Shown: positions 35,807 through 44,319 of the stretch, piece after piece | Numbering within the stretch: position 1 is the first letter of the stretch | Layout: every line of letters starts with the position of its first letter | Source of the DNA: Acidimicrobiales bacterium | Lineage (GTDB): Bacteria > Actinomycetota > Acidimicrobiia > Acidimicrobiales > Ilumatobacteraceae | Direction: 5' to 3' | NCBI GenBank assembly: GCA_035550895.1 | Contig: DASZOG010000163.1 | Location: 1 to 54,327 of the forward strand | Length of the DNA stretch: 54,327 nt | Position numbers and translations under genes: made by a program | Notes under the pieces: generated by a model | The model's database searches: none | Seen by the model: only the letters and a program-made list of their open reading frames with translations | Told to the model about the DNA's origin: nothing

Positions 35807-36238
35807 GTGGCGGTGACCACACGGCCGATTGCACCAGAGCTGTTCACCTGGCCGAGCGGCGAGCCGCGCCTGCTGGGCAGCCGCTGCACCGCCTGCGCGC
35901 TGATGGCGTTCCCGGCGCACGACGTGTGCCCGCGCTGCGGCTCGGACGAGGTCGAGGAAGCGGCCTTCTCCCGCCGGGGAACGCTGTGGACGTACACGAC
36001 GCAGGAGTTCGTCCCCAAGTCGCCGCCGTACGCGCGGGTCGAGAGCGAGGCGACGTTCCAGCCGTACATCGTCGGCTACGTCGAGTTCGCCGGCGAGGGG
36101 CGGATCGAGGGACGGATCGTCGGCTGCGCGGCCGAGGACCTGGCGATCGGGATGGAGATGGAGGTCACCGTGGTCCCGTTCATGGTCGACGACGACGGCC
36201 AAGAGGTCGTCACGTACGCGTTCCGGCCGGCAGAGTGA
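35807..36238 (+). CDS. Zn-ribbon + OB-fold protein (DUF35 family)
   Basis: 143 aa. Zn ribbon: CTAC...CPRCGS. Followed by GTLWTYTT and VGYVEFAGEGRIEGRI. Confidence 0.88.
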   Translation: MAVTTRPIAPELFTWPSGEPRLLGSRCTACALMAFPAHDVCPRCGSDEVEEAAFSRRGTLWTYTTQEFVPKSPPYARVESEATFQPYIVGYVEFAGEGRIEGRIVGCAAEDLAIGMEMEVTVVPFMVDDDGQEVVTYAFRPAE

Positions 36239-37407
36239 GGGGGCACGGCGCGGTGGACATCGCCATCGTCGGGGTCGGGCTCCACCCGTTCGGCCGCTTC
36301 CCCGAGCGGTCCGCGCTCGACCTCGGCCTCTCCGCTGCCCGCCAGGCACTCTCCGACGCCGGCCTGCGCTGGGACGACGTGCAGTTCGCTGTGGGCGGCA
36401 GCCTCGGCAGCACCCAGGGCACGAGCGCCGCACCCGACACGATGGTCGGTCGTCTCGGGCTGACGGGCGTGCCCTTCGTCAACGTCAGCAACGGGTGCGC
36501 GACAGCCGGGACCGCGCTGGCCACGGCGTGCGCGTCGATCGAGGCCGGCCAGTACGACCTCGGGATGGTGGTCGGCTTCGACAAGCACCCGCGCGGCGCG
36601 TTCGATCCCGATCCGGCGCTGCTCGGCCTCGGCCAGTGGTACGGCGACATCGGGCTCATGCTGACGACGCAGTTCTTCGCGATGAAGATCCGCCGCTACA
36701 TGCACGACCACGGCATCAGCCGCCGGACGCTGGCCAAGGTCGCGGCGAAGGCGTACCGCAACGGCGCCCGCAACCCGAACGCGTGGAGGCGCAAGCCGTG
36801 GAGCGAGGAGGAGATCCTCGCAGCGCGGATGCTCAACGATCCGCTGACGCAGTACATGCTCTGCTCCCCCGGTGAGGGAGCGGGCGCGGTCGTCGTCTGC
36901 CGTGCCGACCAGGCCCGCCGGTACACCGACCGTCCCGTGTTCGTCCGGGCGGTCACGATGCGCACCCGCCGGTTCGGCTCGTTCGAGGTGATGAGCCCGT
37001 GGCTCCCGCCGGAGCGGGCCGACGCACCCACGGTCGCGGCGGCGCGGGCCTGCTTCGAGCAGGCGGGCGTCGCGCCAGGCGAGATCGACGTCGCCCAGGT
37101 GCAGGACAGCGAGTCGGGCGCCGAGTTGATCCACCTCGCCGAGTGCGGGTTCTGCGCCGACGGCGAGCAGGAAGAGCTCGTCGCCCGCGGCGCCACGGAG
37201 ATCGGCGGGTCGCTGCCGGTGAACACGGATGGGGGGCTGATCGCCAACGGGGAGCCGATCGGCGCTTCCGGGCTGCGCCAGGTGTACGAGATCTGCCTGC
37301 AGCTGCGCGGCGAGGCGGGCGAGCGCCAGGTCGCCGGCGCGGCGGTCGGGTTCACGCAGGTCTACGGGGCGCCCGGCGTGAGCGCGTGCACGATCCTGTC
37401 CCGATGA
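36235..37407 (+). CDS. thiolase-like / SCP-x-type lipid-transfer protein (DUF35 partner)
   Basis: GTG 36235 overlaps the DUF35 stop (GTGA). IAIVGVGLHPFGRF, NVSNGCATAGTAL, NTDGGLIANGEPIGASGLRQVYE. Confidence 0.88.
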   Translation: MRGHGAVDIAIVGVGLHPFGRFPERSALDLGLSAARQALSDAGLRWDDVQFAVGGSLGSTQGTSAAPDTMVGRLGLTGVPFVNVSNGCATAGTALATACASIEAGQYDLGMVVGFDKHPRGAFDPDPALLGLGQWYGDIGLMLTTQFFAMKIRRYMHDHGISRRTLAKVAAKAYRNGARNPNAWRRKPWSEEEILAARMLNDPLTQYMLCSPGEGAGAVVVCRADQARRYTDRPVFVRAVTMRTRRFGSFEVMSPWLPPERADAPTVAAARACFEQAGVAPGEIDVAQVQDSESGAELIHLAECGFCADGEQEELVARGATEIGGSLPVNTDGGLIANGEPIGASGLRQVYEICLQLRGEAGERQVAGAAVGFTQVYGAPGVSACTILSR

Positions 37408-38000
37408 CGGTGGACGCACAGCCACGGCGGGGCAAACGCCGGCCGTACCGGCGCGACGAGATCCTCGCCGCCGCCGTCAAGCTGTTCCACGAGCGCGGCT
37501 ACCACGCGACCGGGATGGACGACATCGGCGCCGAGGCGGGGATCAGCGGTCCGGCCATCTACCGCCACTTCCGCGGCAAGGAGGAGATCCTCGAGATCCT
37601 GCTGCTCGACGCGGCGCGCGCGGCGCTCGACGACGCGCGGGAGATCGTCGAGTCGGCGACGACGCCGCGCCGCGCGCTCGAGGGCCTCGTGCGGCTGTAC
37701 GTCCAGGTGATCGCGGCGAACCCGGCGCTGGCGTTCGTCGGAATGTACGAACGGCGGACGCTCAGCGCGGAGACCCGCGCCACGATGGACCGCCTCGAGC
37801 GTCTCCACCTCGAGGAGTGGCTGCACGCGTTGCTCCAGCTCCGGCCTCAGCTCAGCGATGCCGAAGCCCGGGTGATGATCCGGGCCGTGCACGGGCTCGC
37901 CGTGGCCGCGATCGTCTACCGCAGCGGGATCGAGCGCGCCGCGCTCGTCGAGCTCGTCGTGGCGATGACGATGAAGGCGCTCACGGTCACCCGCGGCTGA
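37404..38000 (+). CDS. TetR/AcrR family transcriptional regulator
   Basis: ATG 37404 overlaps the thiolase stop (ATGA). HTH: RRDEILAAAVKLFHERGYHATGMDDIGAEAGISGPAIYRHFRGKEEIL. Confidence 0.9.
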   Translation: MTVDAQPRRGKRRPYRRDEILAAAVKLFHERGYHATGMDDIGAEAGISGPAIYRHFRGKEEILEILLLDAARAALDDAREIVESATTPRRALEGLVRLYVQVIAANPALAFVGMYERRTLSAETRATMDRLERLHLEEWLHALLQLRPQLSDAEARVMIRAVHGLAVAAIVYRSGIERAALVELVVAMTMKALTVTRG

Positions 38001-38787
38001 ACCGCGCGGCGCGCTTGGCGAGGAAGGCGGCGATGCCCTCGGCAGCGTCCGGCTGAGCTGCGGAGCGGACGAGCGCGGCCGCCTCGGCGTCGAGGTGGAC
38101 GGCCAGCGGCTGGTCGAAGCTCGCCCGCAGCAGCCGCTTCGCCTCGCCCACCGCGCGCGCCGGCCCGGCAGCCAACGCCGCCGCGAGCGCAACCACTTCC
38201 TCCTGCAGGTCGCCGTCGCGGACGACGCGCGTGACGATGCCGGCGGCCTGCGCCGCGGGCGCGTCGAGCACCTGGTTCGTCAGCGCCAGCTCCTGGGCCC
38301 GGCGTAGCCCGACGAGGCGGGGCAGGAACCACGAAGTGCCGCCGTCCGGGCTGAGACCGACGCGCGAGTACGCGACGACGAACCGCGCCGCGTCCTCGGC
38401 GACCACGAGGTCGCCGCCACACACCAGTCCGAGGCCGGCGCCGGCGGCGCTGCCCTGCACGGCCACGACGATCGGCGCGTCGATCCGCGCCAAGCCGACG
38501 ATCGCCGCGTGCAGGTGCGTCGTGACCTCCCGGAGGTGGGCCGGCAGGTCCTCCCGGTCGGCGAACGCGCGCAGGTCGCCGCCGACGCAGAAGTTCGCTC
38601 CCGCGCCGCGCAGCACGACGACGCGCACCGAGGCGTCCCGCTCGACGTCGAGCACGGCCGCGCGCAGCTCCTGCGCGAGCGCAAGATCGATCGCGTTGCC
38701 GGCCTCCGGCCGCTGCAGCGTGATCGTGGCGACCCCGCCGTCGACCGAGAAGGAGACGCTGCCCACTCGTGCCACGGTAGCGATCAC
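37987..38787 (-). CDS. enoyl-CoA hydratase/isomerase family protein
   Basis: VATITLQRPEAGNAID, LRGAGANFCVGGDL, VAVQGSAAGAGLG. The start is ambiguous (GTG at 38787, 38775 or 38766). The 3' end overlaps TetR by 14 nt. Confidence 0.88.
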   Translation of the reverse strand: MIATVARVGSVSFSVDGGVATITLQRPEAGNAIDLALAQELRAAVLDVERDASVRVVVLRGAGANFCVGGDLRAFADREDLPAHLREVTTHLHAAIVGLARIDAPIVVAVQGSAAGAGLGLVCGGDLVVAEDAARFVVAYSRVGLSPDGGTSWFLPRLVGLRRAQELALTNQVLDAPAAQAAGIVTRVVRDGDLQEEVVALAAALAAGPARAVGEAKRLLRASFDQPLAVHLDAEAAALVRSAAQPDAAEGIAAFLAKRAARFSRG

Positions 38788-38798
38788 CGCCTACCGTG
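38773..38798. promoter_or_regulatory. 8-bp inverted repeat CACGGTAG-N10-CTACCGTG spanning the crotonase / bicupin divergent junction
   Basis: 38773-38780 is the exact reverse complement of 38791-38798. Each outer end coincides with a candidate GTG start codon, one on each strand. Confidence 0.35.
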
Positions 38799-39605
38799 CC
38801 GCCGATGAACGGACCACCGCTCGACGTGCCACCGTTGCGACCGTCGTTCGTCGTGACGCGACCGGGCCCCGAAGGCGCCTGGACCACCGGCCGGGTCGGC
38901 ATGCTCTACCGCGACCTGATCCCGGGTGGCCAGGGTGGGCGGTTCATCGCCTCGCACATCCGTATCGCCGAGGACGGGCCGGTGCCCGACTACGTCCACT
39001 TCCACCGCGTGCGGTTCCAGATGATCTTCTGCCGGCGCGGCCGCGTGCGTGTCGTGTACGAGGACCAGGGCCCGCCATTCGATCTTTACGCGGGTGACTG
39101 CGTGATCCAGCCGCCCGGCATCCGCCACCAGGTCCTGGAGAGCACCGGGCTCGAGGTCGTCGAGCTGACCTGCCCCGCCGAGCACGAGACGCTGGCCGAC
39201 GAGGAGCTCATGCTGCCGACGGCCACCGAACACCCGGCGCGGCAGTTCGCCGGCCAGACGTTCGTTCGCCACCACGGCGCTACGGCGCCCTGGAGCGCCG
39301 GCCCGGTGCCCGGCTTCTCCAGCCGCGACCTCGGGATCGGCGCGGCGACCGGCGGCCTCGCCGCCGCCCGCGTGGTCCGCCGCGATCCCGGCAGCGGCGA
39401 GGGTGACACGTCCCGCACGGTGCCGCCCACGGCGGAACTTGCGTTCAGCTACGTGCTCGCCGGTCGCGCGGTGTTGCGGTCGGAACGGCACGGGGAGCAC
39501 GGCGTCGGGCCCGACGACGCCTTCGTCGTGCCGCCGGGAGAGTCCTATCGGCTCTGCGACGCGGCGGACGACGTGGAAGTGCTCGAGGTCACGCTGCCCG
39601 CCTGA
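38796..39605 (+). CDS. bicupin (two cupin barrels) protein
   Basis: 269 aa. DYVHFHRVRFQMIFCRRGRVRVVYEDQGPPFDLYAGDCVIQPPGIRHQV, plus a second barrel AFSYVLAGRAVLRSE...FVVPPGESYRL. The start is GTG 38796 or ATG 38805. Confidence 0.7.
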   Translation: MPPMNGPPLDVPPLRPSFVVTRPGPEGAWTTGRVGMLYRDLIPGGQGGRFIASHIRIAEDGPVPDYVHFHRVRFQMIFCRRGRVRVVYEDQGPPFDLYAGDCVIQPPGIRHQVLESTGLEVVELTCPAEHETLADEELMLPTATEHPARQFAGQTFVRHHGATAPWSAGPVPGFSSRDLGIGAATGGLAAARVVRRDPGSGEGDTSRTVPPTAELAFSYVLAGRAVLRSERHGEHGVGPDDAFVVPPGESYRLCDAADDVEVLEVTLPA

Positions 39606-39636
39606 CTCATCTCCCGCTCCGCCTAGGTTCTGACGC

Positions 39637-39665
39637 GCTTTGGGCGCACCTCGTGCGCCCAAAGC
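39637..39665. terminator. perfect 13-bp hairpin between convergent genes (no U-tract)
   Basis: GCTTTGGGCGCAC-ctc-GTGCGCCCAAAGC. Confidence 0.5.
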
Positions 39666-39727
39666 ACCAGAGAACGCCACGGGATGCACCGGCGGCGCGA
39701 AGTCGGGCGTCTCATCGCGCGGGCGGG

Positions 39728-39997
39728 TCAGGCGGCGACGACGAAGCTCGGCACGCCGCGCGGCGGCTTGCTGGCGAGGGCGGCCGCCACTGCGCCGAAC
39801 GCCCGGTGGCGGGCGATCGCCGCCTGCTCCGGGTCGAGCAGGACACGGACCAGCGTCTCGTCGACACCGGCTGCGAGCGCAGACCGGGCGAAGGCCCGGA
39901 CGTCGTCGAGCACATCGTCGTTCGCGGTGTCGATGCCGTGCTCGGCGATCCGCCAGGCCAACGAGTCGAGGGAACGGGGGGTGCGGTCGAACGTCAT
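39728..39997 (-). CDS. small hypothetical protein (89 aa), divergent from the LysR gene
   Basis: Track ORF 39728..40279 trimmed to ATG 39995-39997 (MTFDRTPRSLDSLAWRIAEHG...). Codon third-position GC is strong. LLDPEQAAIARHRAFGAVAAAL resembles a recurrent actinobacterial hypothetical family. Confidence 0.55.
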   Translation of the reverse strand: MTFDRTPRSLDSLAWRIAEHGIDTANDDVLDDVRAFARSALAAGVDETLVRVLLDPEQAAIARHRAFGAVAAALASKPPRGVPSFVVAA

Positions 39998-40049
39998 GAG
40001 AGTCAACGTACGGATCGACAAGGATGATGAAAAGCGATAGTCTCTTGTC
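39998..40049. promoter_or_regulatory. AT-richer divergent intergenic region with GACAAG-N21-CTTGTC; likely LysR operator/promoter zone
   Basis: GACAAG at 40017-40022 and CTTGTC at 40044-40049; ATCG-N17-CGAT lies inside. It is one of the least GC-rich stretches in the window. Confidence 0.35.
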
Positions 40050-41006
40050 ATGTCCATCAGCGTGACTGATGATTCCTCCAGTTGGCGCACCTTGCGCGAT
40101 GTGGAGATCCGGCACCTCGCCGCCCTCGGCGCCGTGGCCGACACCGGGTCCTTCGGGCGGGCAGCCGCGCAGCTCGGGTTCACGCAGTCGGCGGTGAGCC
40201 AGCAGATCGCGGCCCTCGAGCGGATCGTCGGCGAGCCAGTGTTCGAGCGCCCGGGCGGCCCCCGGCCGGTGGAGATCACACCCGCCGGCGAGGTGCTGCT
40301 CCGTCACGCACGGGTCGTCCTCGGCCGCCTGCGCGAAGCCGAGCAGGATCTGGCCGCGCTGCGTGCCGGCGAGCAGGGCCGCATCGCGATCGGGACGTTC
40401 CAGAGCGTCTCGGTGAGGATCCTCCCGGCGGTGCTCGCCGCGCTGAAGGCCGAGCGCCCTGGCGTCGACGTCCACCTGATCGAGCTCGCCGACCAGACGG
40501 AGCTGATCGACCAGGTCGTCTCCGGCGCGCTCGATCTCACGTTCGTCAACACCGTCGAGGATCCGCGCCTCGTGACAGAGTTCCTGTTCAGCGACCCGAT
40601 CATGTTCGTCACTGCGGCAACACCAGACGTGTCCGGTGGGCCGGTCGCCCCTGCCGAGATCAACGGCCGTCCACTGATCGGCGAGCAGGAGAGCTCGTGC
40701 CAGCTGCTCATCGAGTCGAGCCTCCGCCTTCTCGGCGTCTCCCCCACCTACGTGTTCCGGAGCAACGACAACGGAGCGATGCAGGCGATGGTCCGGGCCG
40801 GCATGGGCGACGCGGTGATGCCGTTGCTGGCGATCGACCGGACCGATCCGGGCGTCGTCGTGCGCGAGGTCGAGCCGCCGCTCGAGCCGCGACTGATCGG
40901 CGTCGGCTGGCGGACGGGGCGCACGCTCCCTCCGGCGGCGCGCCGCTTCGTCGAGCTGGCACACGAGGTCGCGGCGGACGTCGCCTCCGACCTCGTCGCC
41001 GCCTGA
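40050..41006 (+). CDS. LysR family transcriptional regulator
   Basis: 318 aa. HTH: IRHLAALGAVADTGSFGRAAAQLGFTQSAVSQQIAALERIVG. A LysR substrate-binding domain follows. Confidence 0.92.
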   Translation: MSISVTDDSSSWRTLRDVEIRHLAALGAVADTGSFGRAAAQLGFTQSAVSQQIAALERIVGEPVFERPGGPRPVEITPAGEVLLRHARVVLGRLREAEQDLAALRAGEQGRIAIGTFQSVSVRILPAVLAALKAERPGVDVHLIELADQTELIDQVVSGALDLTFVNTVEDPRLVTEFLFSDPIMFVTAATPDVSGGPVAPAEINGRPLIGEQESSCQLLIESSLRLLGVSPTYVFRSNDNGAMQAMVRAGMGDAVMPLLAIDRTDPGVVVREVEPPLEPRLIGVGWRTGRTLPPAARRFVELAHEVAADVASDLVAA

Positions 41007-41012
41007 CCGGCG

Positions 41013-43475
41013 ATGGCGGACGGTTCCCAGCTGCCGGCGCGGGCGCGCGTCGTCGTCGTCGGTGGCGGCGTCATCGGGTGCTCGGTCGCGTACCACCTCG
41101 CCCACCTGGGCTGGACCGACGTGCTGCTCCTGGAGCGGGACCGGCTCACGTCGGGCACCACCTGGCACGCCGCGGGGCTGATCGTCACGTTCGGGTCGAC
41201 GTCGGAGACCTCGACATCGCTACGCCGCTACACGCGCGACCTCTACGCCCGCCTCGAGGAGGAGACCGGTCTGTCGACCGGGTTCGCTCCTGTCGGGTTC
41301 ATCGAGCTGGCGACCGACCCGGACCGGCTGGAGGAGTACCGCCGGGTGGCCGCCTTCAACCGGTACTGCGGTGTCGAGGTCCACGAGATCTCGGGGCGCG
41401 AGGTCGGGGCGATGTTCCCGCTGGCGCGGACCGACGACGTCCTCGCCGGCTTCTACGTGCCTGGAGACGGCCGGGCGAATCCTGTCGACGTGACGATGTC
41501 CCTTGCCCGCGGGGCACGCCAGCTCGGCGTGACGATCGTGCAGGACACCCCGGTCACCGGGTTCCTGCGGCGAAACGGCGCGGTGACCGGCGTGCGGACA
41601 ACGCACGGCGACGTCGAGGCGGAGTACGTCGTCAACTGCGCCGGCATCTGGGCCCGCCAGCTCGGAGATACGGCCGGGGTGACGATCCCCCTGCAGGCGG
41701 CGGAGCACTACTACCTGATCACCGAGCAGATCCCGGAGATCTCCAAGGACTGGCCGGTGATCGAGGACCCGGCCGCGTACGGCTACTTCCGCGAAGAGGT
41801 CGGCGGCCTGATGATCGGGCTGTTCGAGCCGGTGTGCGCGCCGTGGCGGGTCGAGGGCGTGCCAGACGACTTCTCGTTCGGCCAGCTGCCGCCCGACTGG
41901 GACCGCATGGCCCCGTACGTCGAGCGGGCGATGGGGCGGGTGCCGATCTCGATGGACACCGGCGTGCGCACGTTCTTCTGCGGGCCGGAGAGCTTCACGC
42001 CCGATCTGCAACCGGTGATCGGCGAGGCGCCGGAGCTGCGCAACTACTTCGTCGCCGCCGGCCTGAACTCGGTCGGCATCCTCACCGGAGGGGGGCTCGG
42101 CCGCCTCCTCGCGCACTGGATCACGACCGGCCGCCCGGACATGGACGTCACCGGCTTCGACATCGCCCGCCTCCACCCGTACCAGGCGAACCCCGAGTAC
42201 CGCCGGACGCGGACCGTCGAGTCGCTGGGGATGGTGTACCAGTGCCACTACCCGTACCGGTCGATGCGCACCGCCCGCGGCGCGAAGCGCTCCCCGCTGC
42301 ACGACCGGCTGGCGGCGCGCGGCGCCTTCTTCCGCGACGTCAGCGGGTGGGAAGGGCCGGACTGGTACGCGCCAGAGGGGATGGCGGCCGACGCCGGTGA
42401 CCTGACGTGGACCCGACCGGCCTGGTTCCCGTACTGGCAGGCCGAGCACGAGGCGGCCCGCGAGGGTGTGATCGTGATGGACATGGCGTTCATGGCGAAG
42501 TTCCTCGTGCAGGGCCGCGACGCGGGCCGGTTCCTGGAGCGGATCTCCGCCAACCGGGTCGACGGCGATGCGGGCGTCATCACTTACACCCAGTGGCTGA
42601 ACGACGGCGCCACGATCGAGGCCGACCTGACCGTGACGAAGCTCGACGACGAGCGGTTCTGGGTCGTCGCCTCGGACTCCGCCCACCGCCACGCCGAGGC
42701 GTGGATGCGCCGCCACCTCGACACGGGCACGCACGCGTTCGTCACCGACGTCACCTCCGGCTATGGCCAGATCAACGTGCAGGGGCCGCGGTCGCGCGAG
42801 CTGCTGCAGTCGCTGACGACGGCCGACCTGTCGAACGAGGCGTTCCCGTTCCGCACGGCGCGGGAGATCGACATCGGCTTCGCCCGGGCGCTGTGCGTCC
42901 GCATCACGTACCTCGGCGAGCTGGGGTACGAGCTGTACGTGCCGGCGGAGCAGGCGGTGCACGTCTACGAACGGATCGTCGACGCCGGCGAGCCGCTCGG
43001 GTTGCGCCACGCGGGGTTGAAGGCGCTCGCCAGCCTGCGGATGGAGAAGGGCTACCGCGACTACGGCCACGACATCGACAACACCGACTCCGTGCTCGAG
43101 GCCGGGCTCGGCTTCGCCGTCGATCTCGACAAGCCCTGTGGGTTCATCGGTCGCGACGCCGTCGCCGCGGCCAAGGCCGCTGGGCCACCGCAGCGCCGGC
43201 TCATGCAGGTCCTCGTCAAGGACCCCGAGCCGCTGATGTTCCACGCCGAGGTCGTGCGCCGCGACGGCGAACCGGTCGGCTACGTGCGCTCCGCGTCGTA
43301 CGGGTTCACGCTCGGCGGCGCGGTCGGGCTGGTGATGGTCGAGGCGGGCGAGCCGGTCACCCAGGCCTACCTCGACGCAGGGACATGGGACGTCGACATC
43401 GCCGGCGAGCGCTACCCGGTGCTGCCGTCCCTCCGGCCGCTGTACGACCCGGGCATGGATCGGATCCGCGCCTGA
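41013..43475 (+). CDS. FAD-dependent oxidoreductase fused to an aminomethyltransferase (GcvT) domain; dimethylglycine/sarcosine dehydrogenase-like
   Basis: 820 aa. N-terminal VVVVGGGVIGCSVAYHLA...TSGTTWHAAG. C-terminal folate-binding GcvT fold: ITYLGELGYELYVP and LRMEKGYRDYGHD. Confidence 0.88.
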   Translation: MADGSQLPARARVVVVGGGVIGCSVAYHLAHLGWTDVLLLERDRLTSGTTWHAAGLIVTFGSTSETSTSLRRYTRDLYARLEEETGLSTGFAPVGFIELATDPDRLEEYRRVAAFNRYCGVEVHEISGREVGAMFPLARTDDVLAGFYVPGDGRANPVDVTMSLARGARQLGVTIVQDTPVTGFLRRNGAVTGVRTTHGDVEAEYVVNCAGIWARQLGDTAGVTIPLQAAEHYYLITEQIPEISKDWPVIEDPAAYGYFREEVGGLMIGLFEPVCAPWRVEGVPDDFSFGQLPPDWDRMAPYVERAMGRVPISMDTGVRTFFCGPESFTPDLQPVIGEAPELRNYFVAAGLNSVGILTGGGLGRLLAHWITTGRPDMDVTGFDIARLHPYQANPEYRRTRTVESLGMVYQCHYPYRSMRTARGAKRSPLHDRLAARGAFFRDVSGWEGPDWYAPEGMAADAGDLTWTRPAWFPYWQAEHEAAREGVIVMDMAFMAKFLVQGRDAGRFLERISANRVDGDAGVITYTQWLNDGATIEADLTVTKLDDERFWVVASDSAHRHAEAWMRRHLDTGTHAFVTDVTSGYGQINVQGPRSRELLQSLTTADLSNEAFPFRTAREIDIGFARALCVRITYLGELGYELYVPAEQAVHVYERIVDAGEPLGLRHAGLKALASLRMEKGYRDYGHDIDNTDSVLEAGLGFAVDLDKPCGFIGRDAVAAAKAAGPPQRRLMQVLVKDPEPLMFHAEVVRRDGEPVGYVRSASYGFTLGGAVGLVMVEAGEPVTQAYLDAGTWDVDIAGERYPVLPSLRPLYDPGMDRIRA

Positions 43476-43492
43476 TTGAGTATCCTCAAAGC

Positions 43493-44305
43493 GTGCCACC
43501 GTCGGCGTCGGCGATCGAGGTCCGGCCGCTCTCGCCCGCCGTCGGCGCCGCGGTCACCGGCGTCGACCTGCACGACGAGCTGGACGACGCGACGTTCGAG
43601 ATCCTGTGGTCGGCACTGCTCGACCGCGGGATGCTCGTGTTCCCCAGCCAGCACATCGCCGCTGCGGAGCTCGACGCGTTCGGCCGCCGGTGGGGTGAGC
43701 CGCTCGTCGTGCCGTACCTCGCGCCGCACGCCGTCGACGGGTACCCGGCGATCCTGCGCGTGACGAACATGGGCAAGCAGGGAACGCTGACCGAGAACTG
43801 GCACTTCGACTCGGCGTTCTTCGAGCAGCCGCCACCGCTGGCGATCCTCGCCGCCCAGCGCTTGCCCGACGTCGGCGGCGACACGATGTGGGCCAACCAG
43901 TACCTCGCCTTCGAGGCGCTGTCCGAGCGGATGCAGGAGCTCCTCGGCGGGCTGCGCGCCGCCTTCACGGGCACGCGCGTGGACGACGACGGCCAACGGC
44001 GTGACGTCGTCACCTACCACCCGGTCGTCCGCACGCACCCGCACACGAAGCGGCGCGCGCTGGCCATCGGGAGGATCGAATCGGTGCCCCACTTCGAGGG
44101 CATGACCGAGGCCGAGAGCCGCCCGCTGCTGCAGTTCCTCTACCAGCACGCCTCGCGGCCGGAGTTCGTCTACCGCCACCGGTGGGGGCAGGGCGACGTC
44201 GTGATGTGGGACAACCGGTGCACGCTGCACTACGCGATCCACGATTACGGCGACGAGCCGCGGGACCTGATCCGGATGACGGTCCTCGGCGAGCAGTGCT
44301 CGTAG
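43493..44305 (+). CDS. TauD/TfdA family Fe(II)/2-oxoglutarate dioxygenase
   Basis: GTG 43493 is the first start in frame after the upstream stop. IEVRPLSPAVGAAVTGVDL, NWHFDSAF (HxD), GGDTMWANQ, VVMWDNRCTLHYA. Confidence 0.88.
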   Translation: MPPSASAIEVRPLSPAVGAAVTGVDLHDELDDATFEILWSALLDRGMLVFPSQHIAAAELDAFGRRWGEPLVVPYLAPHAVDGYPAILRVTNMGKQGTLTENWHFDSAFFEQPPPLAILAAQRLPDVGGDTMWANQYLAFEALSERMQELLGGLRAAFTGTRVDDDGQRRDVVTYHPVVRTHPHTKRRALAIGRIESVPHFEGMTEAESRPLLQFLYQHASRPEFVYRHRWGQGDVVMWDNRCTLHYAIHDYGDEPRDLIRMTVLGEQCS

Positions 44306-44319
44306 CGGCGCGTGCTCGG

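Noticed and set aside
41220-43499. 759-aa minus-strand ORF, and the 772-aa plus-strand ORF 40082..42400
   Set aside because: They are shadow frames of the LysR and DMGDH-like genes. The annotated frames carry clear family motifs; these do not.
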